Positions 36,230-48,177 are shown, numbered from the stretch's first letter. The stretch: DNA of 56,392 nt from Rubricoccaceae bacterium (GCA_040381195.1 JBEIHR010000001.1:1-56392), one strand, 5' to 3'. A program made the numbers and translations. Notes: generated from the letters alone by a model not told the origin.

Positions 36230-36724
36230 ATGGCCTCCAGCGATGACACCCTCTTCGACCTGACGTTCACCCGCAACGATGGCGAGGAGGTGGACCTGCA
36301 GGAGTTCGCGGGTCGTGCGGTCCTGGTCGTCAATACCGCGAGCAAATGCGGATTCACGCCGCAGTACGAGGGTCTGCAGAAGCTCTACGAGGAGTTCCAG
36401 GATCAGGGTCTCGCCGTGATCGGCTTCCCGTGCGACCAGTTCGCCCACCAGGAGCCCGGAGACGATGCCGCCATCGCCTCCTTCTGTTCGCGCACCTACG
36501 GGGTGACGTTCCCGATGTCGACGAAGGTGGATGTCAACGGACCGAAGGCGCACCCGATCTTCCGCTACCTGAAGTCGCGGGCCGGTGGAGTGCTCGGCTC
36601 ATCGATCAAGTGGAATTTCACCAAGTTCCTGGTGTCTCCCGATGGCCGCACGGTGACGAGGTACGCCCCCAACACCTCTCCCGCAGCCATGGAAGCGGAC
36701 ATCCGGCGAGCCCTGTCGTCATGA
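36230..36724 (+). CDS. gpx: Glutathione peroxidase family protein (Cys-type)
   Basis: In-frame part of track ORF 36164..36724, starting at ATG 36230. VVNTASKCGFTPQYEGL, GFPCDQFAHQEPG, KWNFTKFLV. Confidence 0.9.
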   Translation: MASSDDTLFDLTFTRNDGEEVDLQEFAGRAVLVVNTASKCGFTPQYEGLQKLYEEFQDQGLAVIGFPCDQFAHQEPGDDAAIASFCSRTYGVTFPMSTKVDVNGPKAHPIFRYLKSRAGGVLGSSIKWNFTKFLVSPDGRTVTRYAPNTSPAAMEADIRRALSS

Positions 36725-37245
36725 GCGTGCAACGGCGCGCCACCTACGTGGTGGCCGCCGGCCTGATATTCGGGCTGGTGATCGGCGCGGGTCTCGGAGT
36801 GCTCTGGTGGCGTCTGGTCCCGCGCGTGCCGATCATCATCCGCCCCGAGGGCTCAGTGCCGCAGGGTTTCCAGCCCGAGGGCTATGCGGCATCGGATGTC
36901 GTCTTCTCACTCCTCGGTCTGGCCGCGGGTATCGCCGTAACGATCGGCCTCGCGCGCATGCGGCGCGAACACTTGCTGTCGGTGCTGGCAGCCGCCCTGC
37001 TCGCTTCCGGTGCGGGCACAGCAGCCATGTGGTGGGTCGGGTCTCGGCTCGGTTCGGTCGATATCGAAGGCCTGGTTGCGACCACGGAGACCGAGGTTGT
37101 GGTCGACGGCCCCTTGCAGGTGACACTTCCGGCTGCCTATCTCACCTGGGCCCTCGGTGCGGCTGCGGTCGTGACGATCCTGGCTCTGGCCGACGTCATG
37201 CACGGGCGCTGGTCTGTGCGATCGGGGCAGTCAGGGCACCGGTGA
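36721..37245 (+). CDS. Hypothetical membrane protein (4 predicted TM helices)
   Basis: In-frame 3' part of track ORF 36346..37245. ATG 36721 overlaps the gpx TGA (ATGA). Hydrophobic segments: VVAAGLIFGLVIGAGLGVLWW, VVFSLLGLAAGIAVTIGL, LLSVLAAALLASGAGTAAMWWV and LTWALGAAAVVTILAL. Confidence 0.6.
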   Translation: MSVQRRATYVVAAGLIFGLVIGAGLGVLWWRLVPRVPIIIRPEGSVPQGFQPEGYAASDVVFSLLGLAAGIAVTIGLARMRREHLLSVLAAALLASGAGTAAMWWVGSRLGSVDIEGLVATTETEVVVDGPLQVTLPAAYLTWALGAAAVVTILALADVMHGRWSVRSGQSGHR

Positions 37246-37681
37246 CCTCGATCAGGTCGATCGGTGAGAGTCGGATCTCGAGTCCCCGGCGCCCACCACT
37301 CACATAGATCTGTGCGAGTGCGACGGCCGACTCATCGAGCACGGTCGTCGATGGCGTCCGATGCCCGAAGGGACTGATTCCCCCTACGACATAACCCGTG
37401 AGCCGTTCCGCGGTGGCGACGGGACAGTCATCGACGCGTTTCACGTCGAGGGCTCGAGCAAGGGCCTTGGTGTCGACGGTCCCGGTCACCGGAACGATCG
37501 CGGCAACCGGGAGGCGTGCGTCGATCAGGAAGATGATGGTCTTGAAGACCAGCGCCGCATCAACATCGAGTTTGCGGGCGGCCTCAGCGCCGAAGGACGC
37601 CTCCCGCGAATCGTGGTCGTAGGTGTGCAGGTCGAAGTCGATGCCGCGTTGCGTCAGCATGCGTATCGCAGGGGTGGACAT
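37196..37681 (-). CDS. ybaK: Cys-tRNA(Pro)/Cys-tRNA(Cys) deacylase YbaK family
   Basis: 161 aa. [24 protein letters not shown]..., LVFKTIIF, GYVVGGISPFG. The start overlaps the stop of the upstream Lon-N gene by 1 nt. Confidence 0.85.
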   Translation of the reverse strand: MSTPAIRMLTQRGIDFDLHTYDHDSREASFGAEAARKLDVDAALVFKTIIFLIDARLPVAAIVPVTGTVDTKALARALDVKRVDDCPVATAERLTGYVVGGISPFGHRTPSTTVLDESAVALAQIYVSGGRRGLEIRLSPIDLIEVTGALTAPIAQTSARA

Positions 37682-38349
37682 CAGTTGACTGAACCTGGTT
37701 CCCCGAGGTCCACCGACGGCACCGCACCGAAGGTGCGCAGGAACGTTGTCTCGCGGGCGAGCAGCGCGTGAGCGAGCACGAGTCGTTCGTCTGTGGTGGG
37801 TGCCGAGAGAAGTGCGTTGCGCTCATCGGGTGGAATGACGAGCGCGGCGGTCACGAGGAAGCTCAGCACGGTCGGGTCATCGGGAATGTCTTGTTGCGAG
37901 TCCTCACCCTGGCCGACGCGGGCTGCGAGCGTGGCGCGATAGACGGCGAATGCCTCGGCGACCTCCCGGGCCAGGATCTGCGCCCGCGCGCTCGGATTGT
38001 CGTCGTCGAGGAATGTCACCTCGGCACGGATGAGCGGCATCGAGGTATCCACCTCGTCGATGAGGAATCTGCGACGCCCGATCGTCGTGATGTCGAACCG
38101 TCCGTCCTCGAGGCGTTCCATGGAGCGCACGACCACCTCGATGCCCACCGGATAGAGGGCGTCGAGCCCCTGCACCTCGGGGCTGCGACCCGGGCGGACT
38201 GACGTGATCCCGAAAACCCTTTCCTCCTCGTCGAGGAGCAGAAGGTCCTCCATCAGGCTGCGATACCGGGGTTCGAAGATGTGGAGGGGCATGACCAACC
38301 CGGGGACGAGGACCGTGGTCAACGGAAACAGGGCCAGGGTGGTGGACAC
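37681..38349 (-). CDS. LON peptidase substrate-binding (Lon N-terminal) domain protein
   Basis: 222 aa. [33 protein letters not shown] is the typical Lon-N/PUA-like start. Confidence 0.85.
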   Translation of the reverse strand: MSTTLALFPLTTVLVPGLVMPLHIFEPRYRSLMEDLLLLDEEERVFGITSVRPGRSPEVQGLDALYPVGIEVVVRSMERLEDGRFDITTIGRRRFLIDEVDTSMPLIRAEVTFLDDDNPSARAQILAREVAEAFAVYRATLAARVGQGEDSQQDIPDDPTVLSFLVTAALVIPPDERNALLSAPTTDERLVLAHALLARETTFLRTFGAVPSVDLGEPGSVN

Positions 38350-38372
38350 ATCGTCAGCGTAAACTCCGCCAA

Positions 38373-39689
38373 GTGATTCGTCGGATAGACCTACGTGGGC
38401 GGCCTTTCCGTGCCCAGGATGTCGTTCCTCGGGCTGCAGTCGATGTCGCCGATGCGGCGGAGCGGGTCCAGCCGATCATCGACGACGTCCGTCACCATGG
38501 CGCCGATGCCGTGGCCCGTTGGTCGCTGAGCCTCGACGGCGTAGTGCCCCCCGACCTCCGGGTGCCTGCCGCCCAACTGCGCCGGGCGGCCGATGAGCTG
38601 GATCCGGTTGTACGTGCTGCGCTCACCGAAGCGATTCGTCGCGCCCGGCTCGTACACGAGTCCCAGCGCCCCCCCGACGTGGATACCCAGGTTGTCCCGG
38701 GGGGCTTGGTCACTCAGCGGTGGGTTCCGGTGGAACGTGTCGGTCTCTACGTTCCCGGTGGGCGCGCGGTGTACCCCAGCAGCGTCGTGATGAACGTGGT
38801 CCCCGCACAGGTCGCAGGGGTCGCATCACTCGTGGTGGTGAGTCCACCGCAGCGCGACCATGGGGGGTGGCCACACCCGGTGATCCTCGCGGCCTGCCAC
38901 CTGCTCGGTGTCGATGAGGTCTATGCCGTGGGCGGTGCCCAGGCCGTGGCGATGCTCGCCTTCGGTGTCGAACTGCCTGACGGTCAGCGCTGCGCACCGG
39001 TCGATCTGGTCACGGGTCCGGGAAACATCTACGTCACGGCGGCAAAGCGCGCCTTGCAGGGAATCATCGGTATCGACTCCGAGGCCGGTCCCACGGAAGT
39101 GGCTGTGCTGGCGGACGATACGGGGGATGCGCGCTATATCGCCGCGGACTTGATCAGCCAAGCCGAGCACGACGTCATCGCCGCCGCGGTCCTGGTGACG
39201 TCGAGTGAGGATCTCGCCGATCAGGTATCGGTGCACCTGGAACAGCAGATGTCGTCGACCAAGCACTCCGATCGGATCCGGGAGGCCCTCGGGGGTGAGC
39301 AGAGCGCCATCATCATCGTCGACGATCTCGCCTCAGGTCTCGAGGTGATCGACGCGTATGCGGCCGAGCACTTGGAGATTCATACGCGTGATCCGCGTGC
39401 GGTGGCCGAGAAAGTCCGAAACGCCGGTGCGATCTTCGTCGGGCCGTGGGCACCTGTTTCCCTGGGGGACTACTGCGCAGGAAGCAACCACGTGTTGCCG
39501 ACGTCTGGGTCGGCACGTCACTCGTCGGGACTCTCGGTCCACACGTTCCTGCGCGGAATCCAAGTCATCGAGTACTCGGAAGCCGCTCTTGCGGAAGTGG
39601 GCCCGCACGTAGTGGCCCTCGCGGAGGCGGAGGATCTCCCCGCGCACGGCCAGGCGATCACTATCCGGACGGGTAGTCCACGGCCGTGA
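38373..39689 (+). CDS. hisD: Histidinol dehydrogenase
   Basis: 438 aa. IRRIDLRG..., [42 protein letters not shown]. Confidence 0.95.
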   Translation: MIRRIDLRGRPFRAQDVVPRAAVDVADAAERVQPIIDDVRHHGADAVARWSLSLDGVVPPDLRVPAAQLRRAADELDPVVRAALTEAIRRARLVHESQRPPDVDTQVVPGGLVTQRWVPVERVGLYVPGGRAVYPSSVVMNVVPAQVAGVASLVVVSPPQRDHGGWPHPVILAACHLLGVDEVYAVGGAQAVAMLAFGVELPDGQRCAPVDLVTGPGNIYVTAAKRALQGIIGIDSEAGPTEVAVLADDTGDARYIAADLISQAEHDVIAAAVLVTSSEDLADQVSVHLEQQMSSTKHSDRIREALGGEQSAIIIVDDLASGLEVIDAYAAEHLEIHTRDPRAVAEKVRNAGAIFVGPWAPVSLGDYCAGSNHVLPTSGSARHSSGLSVHTFLRGIQVIEYSEAALAEVGPHVVALAEAEDLPAHGQAITIRTGSPRP

Positions 39690-40804
39690 CATCGGATTTC
39701 ATCCCGCCGGTCCGCGAGGATCTCGCCGGAGTGGCGCCCTACGGTGCACCCCAGGATGAGGGACTCGTCCGACTCAATGTGAACGAGAACCCCTTCGCAT
39801 TGCCACCCGCCATCGTCGATGCCCTCGCGGACGCCACACGACGTGTCGCAGGCGATCTGAATCGATACCCCGATCGTGATGCGATCACGTTGCGGACACG
39901 CCTGGCCGAGTACCTCGCCACGGAGTCGGGGGTCGTGGTCGACCCTGCGTGCATGTGGGCCGCGAACGGCTCCAATGAGGTGATGCACCACATTCTGTTG
40001 GCCTTCGGGGGCCCGGGACGTACAGCACTGACGTTCCCGCCGTCGTACTCCATGTATCCCGAGTACGCGCGCGACACTTTCACGCGCCTGATCACCGTTA
40101 CCCGCACACCCGACTTCACGATCGACCTCGCACGCGCGGTGCACGAGATCGCCGATCAACGGCCCGTCGTGACGCTGGTGGCGTCACCGAACAATCCGAC
40201 CGGCACAGGTATCTCCCTCGGCGAGCTCGCGTCGCTCGCACGTGCCACGTTGGCGGTGAATGGAATCCTCGTGATTGACGAGGCGTATGCGGAGTTCCGT
40301 CATACCGGAGTTCCCAGTGCGCTCGAGTTGCTCGGTGACTATCCGAATGTCATCGTGACGAGAACCATGAGCAAAGCCTTCGGATTCGCAGGTGCGCGTC
40401 TGGGCTATGCCGCCGCAGGACACCCGGGGATCGTGGAAGCTCTGCGGGTGGTACGCCTGCCGTACCACCTGTCTGCCATCACCCAGGCTGTCGCGTGTGC
40501 CGCCCTGGATCAGGCCGGGGTCCTCCAGGCGCAGGTGGACCTCATTCGCTCCGAGCGTGATCGGCTCGATACGGCGCTTCGCGCGGCGGGATACGACGTC
40601 GTTCCATCGGAAGCGAACTTCCTCATGTTCGGTCGGTTCGAGGATGCCCCAGGCGTATGGCAGGCGATCCGTGATCGGGGCATCCTCATCCGCGAGGTCG
40701 GCCCGAAGGGCTGGCTGCGCGTCTCCGTGGGGACTCCCGAGCAGAACGATAGATTCCTGGCAACTCTGCACGAGGTCGACGGAGCGCGAAAAGAGCAGTC
40801 ATGA
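39686..40804 (+). CDS. hisC: Histidinol-phosphate aminotransferase
   Basis: 372 aa. [42 protein letters not shown] (PLP lysine). 4-nt overlap with hisD. Confidence 0.93.
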   Translation: MTSDFIPPVREDLAGVAPYGAPQDEGLVRLNVNENPFALPPAIVDALADATRRVAGDLNRYPDRDAITLRTRLAEYLATESGVVVDPACMWAANGSNEVMHHILLAFGGPGRTALTFPPSYSMYPEYARDTFTRLITVTRTPDFTIDLARAVHEIADQRPVVTLVASPNNPTGTGISLGELASLARATLAVNGILVIDEAYAEFRHTGVPSALELLGDYPNVIVTRTMSKAFGFAGARLGYAAAGHPGIVEALRVVRLPYHLSAITQAVACAALDQAGVLQAQVDLIRSERDRLDTALRAAGYDVVPSEANFLMFGRFEDAPGVWQAIRDRGILIREVGPKGWLRVSVGTPEQNDRFLATLHEVDGARKEQS

Positions 40805-41400
40805 ATCCCAGAACCGCAATGATCGAGCGTTCGACGAAGGAAAGTCAGGTCCTCGTCGAATTGAACCTTGATGGCTCGGGCGCCTCCGAGATCGAGACGG
40901 GGGTGCCGTTCTTCGATCACATGCTCGCGCAACTCGCCAAGCACGGTGGGCTCGATCTCACCGTGCGCACGCAGGGAGATCTCGAGGTCGATGCACACCA
41001 CACGGTCGAGGACACGGCGCTTGCCCTGGGCCAGGCCTTGAACTCGGCACTCGGGGATCGCAGCGGCCTGCGCCGGTACGGCGACGCGCTGGTGCCCCTC
41101 GATGAGTGCCTCGTGCAATCGGCGGTCGACCTCTCCGGCCGGCCCTACCTGGTCCACGAGGAGCCTGACCTCGTGGAATTGATCGGTAGCTACGACACCA
41201 CCCTGACCCGGCACATCTGGGAGTCGCTGGTCGCCACCGCGCAGATCACCCTCCACGTGCGCGTCATCTCAGGGCGAAACGCCCACCACGTCGTCGAAGC
41301 GCAGTTCAAATCCGTGGCGCGCTCGCTGCGTGACGCCGTCGCGCGCGACCCTCGAGTCGTGGGCGTCCCGTCCACAAAGGGAACGCTGACCGCATCGTGA
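40801..41400 (+). CDS. hisB: Imidazoleglycerol-phosphate dehydratase
   Basis: 199 aa. [53 protein letters not shown]. Confidence 0.95.
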   Translation: MNPRTAMIERSTKESQVLVELNLDGSGASEIETGVPFFDHMLAQLAKHGGLDLTVRTQGDLEVDAHHTVEDTALALGQALNSALGDRSGLRRYGDALVPLDECLVQSAVDLSGRPYLVHEEPDLVELIGSYDTTLTRHIWESLVATAQITLHVRVISGRNAHHVVEAQFKSVARSLRDAVARDPRVVGVPSTKGTLTAS

Positions 41401-42044
41401 AGTCCGTAGTGGTCCTGGACTACGGCTCGGGGAACCTTCGCTCGGCGCAGCGCGCCCTGGAACGCGCGGGAGCCCAGGTCGAGGTCACGGCGGAACCGAC
41501 CCGAGTGCTCGAGTCCGATGGTCTTGTGGTGCCGGGTGTCGGAGCGTTCGCCACCTGTATGTCCGGGTTACGCGCCGTGGGTGGCGATCGACTCATCGAT
41601 CGCAGGTTGGCCGGGGGGCGGCCCGTGCTGGGAATCTGCGTCGGGATGCAGATCCTGTTCGAGACCGGTGTCGAGCATGGGGTCCGCACCGAGGGACTCG
41701 GACATTTCCCCGGGACGGTCGAGCGGCTCGAGGCTCCCGTCCTCCCGCATATGGGATGGGACTCCCTCCGCGTGCCCGACGAGTCCCACCTCCTCGCGGG
41801 GGTCGGAGATCAGTTGTTCTACTTCGTGCACAGTTACGGAGTGCGGACGTGGGATTGGGTATCGACGGATGCGCGGCGACGTGAACCCGTGGTGAGTTGG
41901 TGCGACTACAACACCCCCTTCATTGCCGCCATCGAGAACGGGCCCCTGGTCGGAACGCAGTTCCACCCCGAGAAGTCCGCGGATGCGGGGGCAGCTCTGC
42001 TCGCGACGTGGGTCGCGTCGCTTCCGTCGTCCTCGCTACTGTGA
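41397..42044 (+). CDS. hisH: Imidazole glycerol phosphate synthase, glutamine amidotransferase subunit
   Basis: 215 aa. [29 protein letters not shown] (catalytic Cys), [10 protein letters not shown]. Confidence 0.93.
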   Translation: MKSVVVLDYGSGNLRSAQRALERAGAQVEVTAEPTRVLESDGLVVPGVGAFATCMSGLRAVGGDRLIDRRLAGGRPVLGICVGMQILFETGVEHGVRTEGLGHFPGTVERLEAPVLPHMGWDSLRVPDESHLLAGVGDQLFYFVHSYGVRTWDWVSTDARRREPVVSWCDYNTPFIAAIENGPLVGTQFHPEKSADAGAALLATWVASLPSSSLL

Positions 42045-42048
42045 CCCG

Positions 42049-42810
42049 ATGCAACCACTGACCCTCCTCCCCGCAGTCGACGTCGCCCAGGGGGCCGCGG
42101 TGCGCCTGGTGCAGGGCGCTGCCGGGACCGAGACCGCATACGGCACGCCGGCGGAGGCTGCCGCGCAGTGGGTCGAGCAGGGAGCGACCTGGCTTCACAT
42201 CGTGGATCTGGACGCGGCGTTCGGCCGTGGCTCGAATGCGGAACTGATCGGGTCGGTGGTGAAGCACCTGCGCGATCGGGTGCACGTGGAGTTGTCGGGG
42301 GGGATCCGCGACGACGATTCACTGCGCTGGGCACTCGGCACGGGATGCGCCCGGGTCAACCTCGGCACCGCCGCACTCGAGGACCCGGACTGGACCGCCC
42401 GGGTAATCGCCGAGCACGGTGAGCGCATCGCCGTGGCATTGGATGTGCGTGGCCACACGCTGGCCGCACGCGGGTGGACCGAGGAGGGCGGTGATCTCTG
42501 GGAGGCGATCGGCCGACTCGATGCGGCCGGGTGTGCGCGGTACGTCGTCACGGACGTCGCCAAGGACGGCACCATGAAGGGGCCGAACTTCCACCTCTTG
42601 CGGGATGTCTGCTCCGCAACGAAGACGCCCATCATCGCCTCCGGGGGCATCTCCCACTTGGAGGACCTGCACAAGCTTGCCGACATGCGCGGCATCGAGG
42701 GTGCGATCGTCGGCCGCGCCCTCTACGACGGCGCGTTCACATTGGCGGAGGCCTTCGCGGCACTCGAGGCGCGCTACGACCCCTACGAATGGGGACCCCC
42801 CCGCCCATGA
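42049..42810 (+). CDS. hisA: ProFAR isomerase HisA; possibly the bifunctional HisA/TrpF (PriA) type
   Basis: In-frame part of track ORF 41923..42810, starting at ATG 42049. [57 protein letters not shown]. No trpF gene is visible in the adjacent trp cluster. Confidence 0.9.
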   Translation: MQPLTLLPAVDVAQGAAVRLVQGAAGTETAYGTPAEAAAQWVEQGATWLHIVDLDAAFGRGSNAELIGSVVKHLRDRVHVELSGGIRDDDSLRWALGTGCARVNLGTAALEDPDWTARVIAEHGERIAVALDVRGHTLAARGWTEEGGDLWEAIGRLDAAGCARYVVTDVAKDGTMKGPNFHLLRDVCSATKTPIIASGGISHLEDLHKLADMRGIEGAIVGRALYDGAFTLAEAFAALEARYDPYEWGPPRP

Positions 42811-43577
42811 CCCTCGCAGTGCGCGTGATCCCTTGTCTTGATGTCGATGAGGGGCGTGTGGTCAAGGGTGTCAATTTCGTGAACCTCACCGATGCGGGTG
42901 ACCCGGTCGAACTCGCTGCGGCGTATGACGCTGCTAGTGCAGATGAGCTCGTCTTCCTGGACATCACGGCATCGAGCAGTGGGCGATCCACGATGCTCGA
43001 AGTTGTTCGACGTACTGCAGATTCAGTCTTCATTCCCGTGACAGTCGGCGGAGGAGTGCGTGCACCCGAAGACTTCGATGTACTGCTTCGCGCCGGTGCG
43101 GACAAGGTCGGATTGAACACCGCCGCCGTCGCCGACCCACTGCTCGTGGAACTCGCTGCGCAACGTTTCGGTTCCCAGTGTGTCGTGCTCTCCCTGGACG
43201 TCCGACGCAGTGACGTGACCACGAGCGGATTCGAGGTGACCACGCACGGGGGTCGGCGGGGGACGGGCATCGATGCCCTCGCGTGGGCTCGGGAGGGCGC
43301 AGAGCGCGGTGCCGGCGAGATTCTGCTCAACTCGATGGATGCCGACGGGACGCGGACCGGCTTCGACCTGGAACTGATCGCGGCTGTCCGTGAGGTCGTG
43401 TCGATTCCGATCATTGCGAGTGGCGGCGCGGGGCGCGCGGATGACTTCCCGCCCGCTGTGGCAGCGGGTGCGGACGCGGTGCTCGCAGCGAGCATCTTCC
43501 ACTTCGGTGCGGTGGCAATTGCGGAGGTCAAGGAAGCGCTCGCCGCGGCCGGATACCCGGTGCGCGGCAGGATGTGA
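42807..43577 (+). CDS. hisF: Imidazole glycerol phosphate synthase, cyclase subunit
   Basis: In-frame part of track ORF 42531..43577. ATG 42807 overlaps the his[58 protein letters not shown]. Confidence 0.95.
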   Translation: MTLAVRVIPCLDVDEGRVVKGVNFVNLTDAGDPVELAAAYDAASADELVFLDITASSSGRSTMLEVVRRTADSVFIPVTVGGGVRAPEDFDVLLRAGADKVGLNTAAVADPLLVELAAQRFGSQCVVLSLDVRRSDVTTSGFEVTTHGGRRGTGIDALAWAREGAERGAGEILLNSMDADGTRTGFDLELIAAVREVVSIPIIASGGAGRADDFPPAVAAGADAVLAASIFHFGAVAIAEVKEALAAAGYPVRGRM

Positions 43578-43915
43578 CCATGGCACGGGTGGAGGACCTG
43601 GGGGTCCGCTTCGACGCTGCGGGTCTGGTGCCCGTCATCGCCCAGCAGTGGGACTCGGGGGAGGTCTTGATGCTGGCCTGGATGGATGCGGAGGCCCTCG
43701 ATCGCACCCTGTCCACCGGTGAGGCCACGTACTACTCCCGCAGCCGCCAGCGGCAGTGGATCAAGGGCGAGACATCGGGGCATACCCAGCGGGTGCGCGA
43801 GATCCGCGTCGACTGCGATGGCGACACGGTCTTGATCCTGGTGGACCAGTCGGGGCCGGCCTGTCATAACGGGACCCGAAGCTGTTTCGAGACGTCGCGC
43901 ACGGAGATCGGGTGA
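43574..43915 (+). CDS. hisI: Phosphoribosyl-AMP cyclohydrolase
   Basis: 113 aa. [62 protein letters not shown]. Confidence 0.93.
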   Translation: MTMARVEDLGVRFDAAGLVPVIAQQWDSGEVLMLAWMDAEALDRTLSTGEATYYSRSRQRQWIKGETSGHTQRVREIRVDCDGDTVLILVDQSGPACHNGTRSCFETSRTEIG

Positions 43916-45465
43916 GCCATCCGCTCGGTGTGACGGTTCCCGCGCTCGAGGGCTTCTCCCGGATGGCACGCGACCGCAGGGTGATTCCCGTCGTCCGAAC
44001 GTTGCTGGCCGACGGTGTCACTCCCGTCGCGCTCTTCGAGGCCCTCTGCGGCGATCGCGCAGGCACATTCCTGTTCGAGTCGGCCGAGAAGGGTCGGTCG
44101 TGGTCCCGGTACTCCTTCGTGGGGGTGCGCTGCGCGGCGATGTTGACCGAATGTGACGGCACCGCGCGGTGGTCGGGCCGTGTCCCCGTCGGGCTCCCCA
44201 TGGACGGCGCTCCGGAGCAGGTGCTTCGCGCCACGGTGGCGGCCCTGCGCACGCCGCACCTCGAGGGGCTGCCGCCGTTCACCGGGGGCATGGTGGGCTA
44301 TCTCACCTATGACGTGATCCGACGGTGGGAGTCGGTGCCGGATTCCGGCGCCGATGATCTCGGGGTTCCGGAGTTGGGTTTCCTGCTCGCAACGGATCTC
44401 GCCGTCCTCGACCACTGGAGTGGGACCGTCACCCTCATCGCGAACGCGATCAACTTCGACGCCAGCGATGAACGCGTGGAAGCGGCCTGGGCGGACGCAG
44501 TGCGGCGTCTCGATGACATGCAAGACCGACTGACCTCGATCACGGGCGCGGCGGTGGCCACCTGGGACGTGATCGATGAGGACGCACCCGCGTCCACTTT
44601 CACCCGCGCGGACTACTGCGCTGCCGTTGATCGAATCCAGGAGCACATCCGTGCGGGGGATGCCTTCCAAGTCGTGCTCTCCCAGAGATTCACGGTCCCT
44701 TTCACGGGGCGTGCCGTGGACGTCTACCGGGTATTGCGATCGACGAACCCGAGTCCGTATATGTACCTCGTACGCGTTCCCGTGGCCGCGGATGATCTGA
44801 CCGAGTCGGTGCACTTCGACATAGTGGGATCATCGCCGGAAGCGCTCGTTACAGTCACAGACGGTGAATGCGTCGTCCATCCGATCGCTGGAACGCGGCC
44901 CCGGGCTGTGACCGCCGATGAGGATGCCGCGCAAGCTGCCGATTTGTTCCACGACACCAAGGAACGCGCGGAGCACGTGATGCTCGTGGACTTGGCGCGC
45001 AACGATCTGGGTCGTGTCTGTGCTCCGGGAACCGTCCACGTCACGGAATTCATGGCGGTTGAGCGCTATTCCCATGTCATGCATCTGGTGTCTACCGTCG
45101 TCGGGACACTCGATCCCACATCCAGCACCTTCGACGCGCTCGTGGCGGCCTTCCCCGCGGGAACATTGAGCGGTGCGCCGAAACCACGGGCGATGGCGAT
45201 CATCGACGAATGCGAGCCCACGCGTCGGGGTGTGTACGGAGGGTGTGTCGGCTATATCGATTTCGCGGGAAACATGGACATGGCGATCGCTATCCGGACC
45301 GCAGTGATCAAGGACGGCCGGGCACATGTCCAGGCGGGTGCCGGTGTGGTTGCCGACTCGCGAGCGGACTCGGAATTCGACGAATGTGTCGCCAAGGCCC
45401 GGGCTGTCCTCCGCGCCGTGCGAACCGCCGCCACACTGCGGGCTGTGGGGAGCCCCGATGACTAG
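43912..45465 (+). CDS. trpE: Anthranilate synthase component I
   Basis: 517 aa. GTG 43912 overlaps the his[65 protein letters not shown]. Confidence 0.95.
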   Translation: MSHPLGVTVPALEGFSRMARDRRVIPVVRTLLADGVTPVALFEALCGDRAGTFLFESAEKGRSWSRYSFVGVRCAAMLTECDGTARWSGRVPVGLPMDGAPEQVLRATVAALRTPHLEGLPPFTGGMVGYLTYDVIRRWESVPDSGADDLGVPELGFLLATDLAVLDHWSGTVTLIANAINFDASDERVEAAWADAVRRLDDMQDRLTSITGAAVATWDVIDEDAPASTFTRADYCAAVDRIQEHIRAGDAFQVVLSQRFTVPFTGRAVDVYRVLRSTNPSPYMYLVRVPVAADDLTESVHFDIVGSSPEALVTVTDGECVVHPIAGTRPRAVTADEDAAQAADLFHDTKERAEHVMLVDLARNDLGRVCAPGTVHVTEFMAVERYSHVMHLVSTVVGTLDPTSSTFDALVAAFPAGTLSGAPKPRAMAIIDECEPTRRGVYGGCVGYIDFAGNMDMAIAIRTAVIKDGRAHVQAGAGVVADSRADSEFDECVAKARAVLRAVRTAATLRAVGSPDD

Positions 45466-45838
45466 TGGTCGGACCTACCTCCTCGTCATGCTCGTGCAGG
45501 CTGCAGCCGGTATCGCGTGCGTCGCATGGGGCACGGGCGCGGTCACCGGGCTCGGCTGGCTCGCCCTCGCAGCGGTGGCCGGCGCGGTGGCGACGCGCAC
45601 CTGGGGACGTCGGGTTGTGGGCGTGGCTGTAACGGTGGCCGGCGCACTCGCCGTCACGGTCGGCGGGCTGCAGCCGATCGCACTTGCGGCAGTGACCTGC
45701 ACTCTGACGGGAGTGCTCACCGCGGTCTTCGGCCCACGATGGCCCACGATGGGAGGCCGATACGAGCGCGCCCCCTCCACGAGGTCCGCGTGGCAGGCAC
45801 TCGATGCCGGCGAGGATCCCACGCTGCGCGATGGTTGA
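45458..45838 (+). CDS. Trp-operon-associated membrane protein (Rv1610-like position)
   Basis: In-frame part of track ORF 45326..45838. ATG 45458 overlaps the 3' end of trpE. Four hydrophobic helices. Called from position between trpE and trpC. Confidence 0.65.
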   Translation: MTSGRTYLLVMLVQAAAGIACVAWGTGAVTGLGWLALAAVAGAVATRTWGRRVVGVAVTVAGALAVTVGGLQPIALAAVTCTLTGVLTAVFGPRWPTMGGRYERAPSTRSAWQALDAGEDPTLRDG

Positions 45839-45846
45839 ATGGAGGT

Positions 45847-46050
45847 ATGAGCTCCGACGGACATGGTTCGAGTCCCGCTGCGTGGACCGCAGTCATCATC
45901 ATCACCCTCGCGTTCGCGGTGGGGACGCTTGCGCTGATCCTGGGCAACTGGCCGATGTTCTGGGTCGGCGCCGCCCTGGTGGTCGTCGGCGGTGTTGCCG
46001 GGAAAGTGATGCAGAAGATGGGCCTGGGCGCACAGCGCTCAGCGTCCTAG
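45847..46050 (+). CDS. HGxxPAAW family small membrane protein
   Basis: In-frame part of track ORF 45517..46050. ATG 45847 is preceded by GGAGG. MSSDGHGSSPAAWTAVIIITL..., two TM helices, 67 aa. Confidence 0.7.
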   Translation: MSSDGHGSSPAAWTAVIIITLAFAVGTLALILGNWPMFWVGAALVVVGGVAGKVMQKMGLGAQRSAS

Positions 46051-46132
46051 CCTTACCGGACCCGTACCGTCCCCTGACGCTCCGCATGCGCCGGCGTCCC
46101 GGGCACTCGCGTGGTTCTGGGACGCTAGTGCC

Positions 46133-46813
46133 ATGACCGGTAAGGGGCTGGTCCTCGTGATCGAGGACGAGCGAGCGATCTCGGACCTCCTGCGCCTCTA
46201 CCTCTCGCGCGAGGGCTTTGGCGTGCACGTCGAGAACACGGGCACCGGGGGACTGAGTGCCGCGCGCACTCTGAGCCCCACCGTGATGATCGTCGATGTC
46301 GGTCTTCCCGGTATCGACGGCACGGAGATCTGTCGCACCCTGCGAGCCGAGGGGAATTGGGTTCCACTGCTCTTCTGTACCGCACGTGACGAGGAAGTGG
46401 ACCGCATCCTTGGCCTCGAATTAGGTGCAGATGACTACATCACCAAGCCGTTCAGTCCGAGAGAGGTTGTCGCGCGTGTCAAGGCGCTCACGCGCCGGGT
46501 CACCCACACCGCCTCCACAGGAGACACCTATCGCGTCGGAGATGTCACGGTTGATGTGACGGCGCGCCGGGTGCGCGTTCGTGATGTCGAGGTTGCTCTG
46601 ACGGCCACGGAGTTCGACCTCTTGGCGCACCTGATGGCCTCCCCGGGACGGGTCTTCACCCGGGAGCAGCTGCTCGCCGACGTCTGGGGCTACGCCGCGG
46701 TCGTGGGAACGCGGACGGTGGATGTCCATGTCGCGCAGCTCCGCGGAAAACTGGGAGACGACAGCCCCATCCGCACCGTGCGCGGCGTCGGGTACTCCGC
46801 GGAGGAGGCGTGA
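46133..46813 (+). CDS. OmpR/PhoB-type response regulator
   Basis: 226 aa. Receiver domain (VLVIEDE, VMIVDVGLPGIDG, ITKPFS) plus a winged-helix output (LTATEFDLLAHL, VDVHVAQLRGKL, IRTVRGVGY). Confidence 0.92.
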   Translation: MTGKGLVLVIEDERAISDLLRLYLSREGFGVHVENTGTGGLSAARTLSPTVMIVDVGLPGIDGTEICRTLRAEGNWVPLLFCTARDEEVDRILGLELGADDYITKPFSPREVVARVKALTRRVTHTASTGDTYRVGDVTVDVTARRVRVRDVEVALTATEFDLLAHLMASPGRVFTREQLLADVWGYAAVVGTRTVDVHVAQLRGKLGDDSPIRTVRGVGYSAEEA

Positions 46814-48177
46814 GGACTGGTCGCGTAGGGATCGTCGCCCAGACGGTGTCCCTCGCCGTGGCCATCGCGCTGATCACCGCACTTGTGGCCGCGGCAGTCT
46901 CACTCCCGCTCCTCCGAAGCGCATCGATCGACCAGGGACAGCAGACCCTTGGCCGGCTCGCGGACCTGACCTCGCGCGCCATCGAGCGTCGGGATGTCGG
47001 ACTGCCGGGAGGCAGGCCGTTGCCCCGGCAACTTTCGCGGACACTCGAGGCCAGCAATGTCACCGGGTACCTGGTGTCCCCTCTGGGGGGTGAGGTCCCC
47101 GGCCTGAGTCCCGAGGAGGTGCAGGGGCTCCTCTCGGGCGAGCGCATCAGCGGGCAGGTGGAGACGGACGCCGGAGCGATCCTGATCGAGGGACGGCCGC
47201 TGAGTTCCGGGGGTGCAGTCGTGCTCCAACAGGGGATTGCGGATGCAGGATCGTCCGCCGGGCAGTTCCTCAGCAGATTCGCGGTCGCACTCATCATCGG
47301 TTTGGTCATCGCGTCGCTCATCGGATACGTAGCCGCGCGCCGCTTGACCCGCCCGCTGCGGGCAGCCCGCGACGCCGCCGACAGCATCGCCGAGGGCTCA
47401 CGCGACGTCGTTGTCGAGCCGAGTGGGCCTCGCGAGGTTGCGGACATTGCCGATGCCATCAATGCGGTCAACTCCGCCCTGGTGATCTCGGAGGGACGTC
47501 AACGGGATTTCCTCTTATCGGTGTCCCATGAGTTGCGTACGCCGTTGACCACGGTCAAGGGCTACGCCGAGGCACTGGCGGATGGTGTCGTACCCGATAC
47601 GGATGTTGCTCGCACAGGCGAGGTGATGAGTGTCGAAGCGTCGCGCCTGGATCGCCTCGTCGCAGACCTCCTCGACCTCGCACGGCTCGGCGCTGTGGAT
47701 TTCCGAATCGATGTCGTCGACACCAGTCTCCACGAGCTGCTGACAGAGTCATCGCGCGTCTGGGCCGATCGATGTGCGCGCGACGGTGTCAGCCTCCAGG
47801 TCGAGGTCCCCGCGAGTGTCACGCCATGGAAGACGGATCCGGTGCGCGTGCGCCAGATCATCGACAATCTGATGGAGAACGCGCTTCGCGTCACTCCGTC
47901 AGGCACGAGCATGTGGCTCATCGGCCGCGACGAGGACCCCGTAACGATCACCGTGCGCGATAGCGGACCAGGCCTCACCGAGAGTGACATCACCGATGCG
48001 TTCCAGCCGGGTGTTCTCTACGAGCGGTACCGAGGCCAACGACCCGTGGGAACGGGAATCGGGCTCGCTCTCGTTGGCAGACTTGCCCGCGGGCTTGGTG
48101 GAGAGGCATCCGCATCATCGGTTGCAGGTTCCGGTGCGTCTTTCACGGTGACGCTGCCCCGGGATGCGGACCCGTGA
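46810..48177 (+). CDS. Sensor histidine kinase (two TM segments, HAMP, HisKA, HATPase_c)
   Basis: 455 aa. GTG 46810 overlaps the regulator TGA. H-box SHELRTPLTTVKGY, N-box IIDNLMENALRV, DSGPGL, GTGIGLALV. Confidence 0.92.
   Translation: MRTGRVGIVAQTVSLAVAIALITALVAAAVSLPLLRSASIDQGQQTLGRLADLTSRAIERRDVGLPGGRPLPRQLSRTLEASNVTGYLVSPLGGEVPGLSPEEVQGLLSGERISGQVETDAGAILIEGRPLSSGGAVVLQQGIADAGSSAGQFLSRFAVALIIGLVIASLIGYVAARRLTRPLRAARDAADSIAEGSRDVVVEPSGPREVADIADAINAVNSALVISEGRQRDFLLSVSHELRTPLTTVKGYAEALADGVVPDTDVARTGEVMSVEASRLDRLVADLLDLARLGAVDFRIDVVDTSLHELLTESSRVWADRCARDGVSLQVEVPASVTPWKTDPVRVRQIIDNLMENALRVTPSGTSMWLIGRDEDPVTITVRDSGPGLTESDITDAFQPGVLYERYRGQRPVGTGIGLALVGRLARGLGGEASASSVAGSGASFTVTLPRDADP

Noticed and set aside
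36230-36724. Possible selenocysteine recoding in glutathione peroxidase
   Set aside because: The active site reads ASKCGFT with a Cys codon. There is no in-frame TGA.
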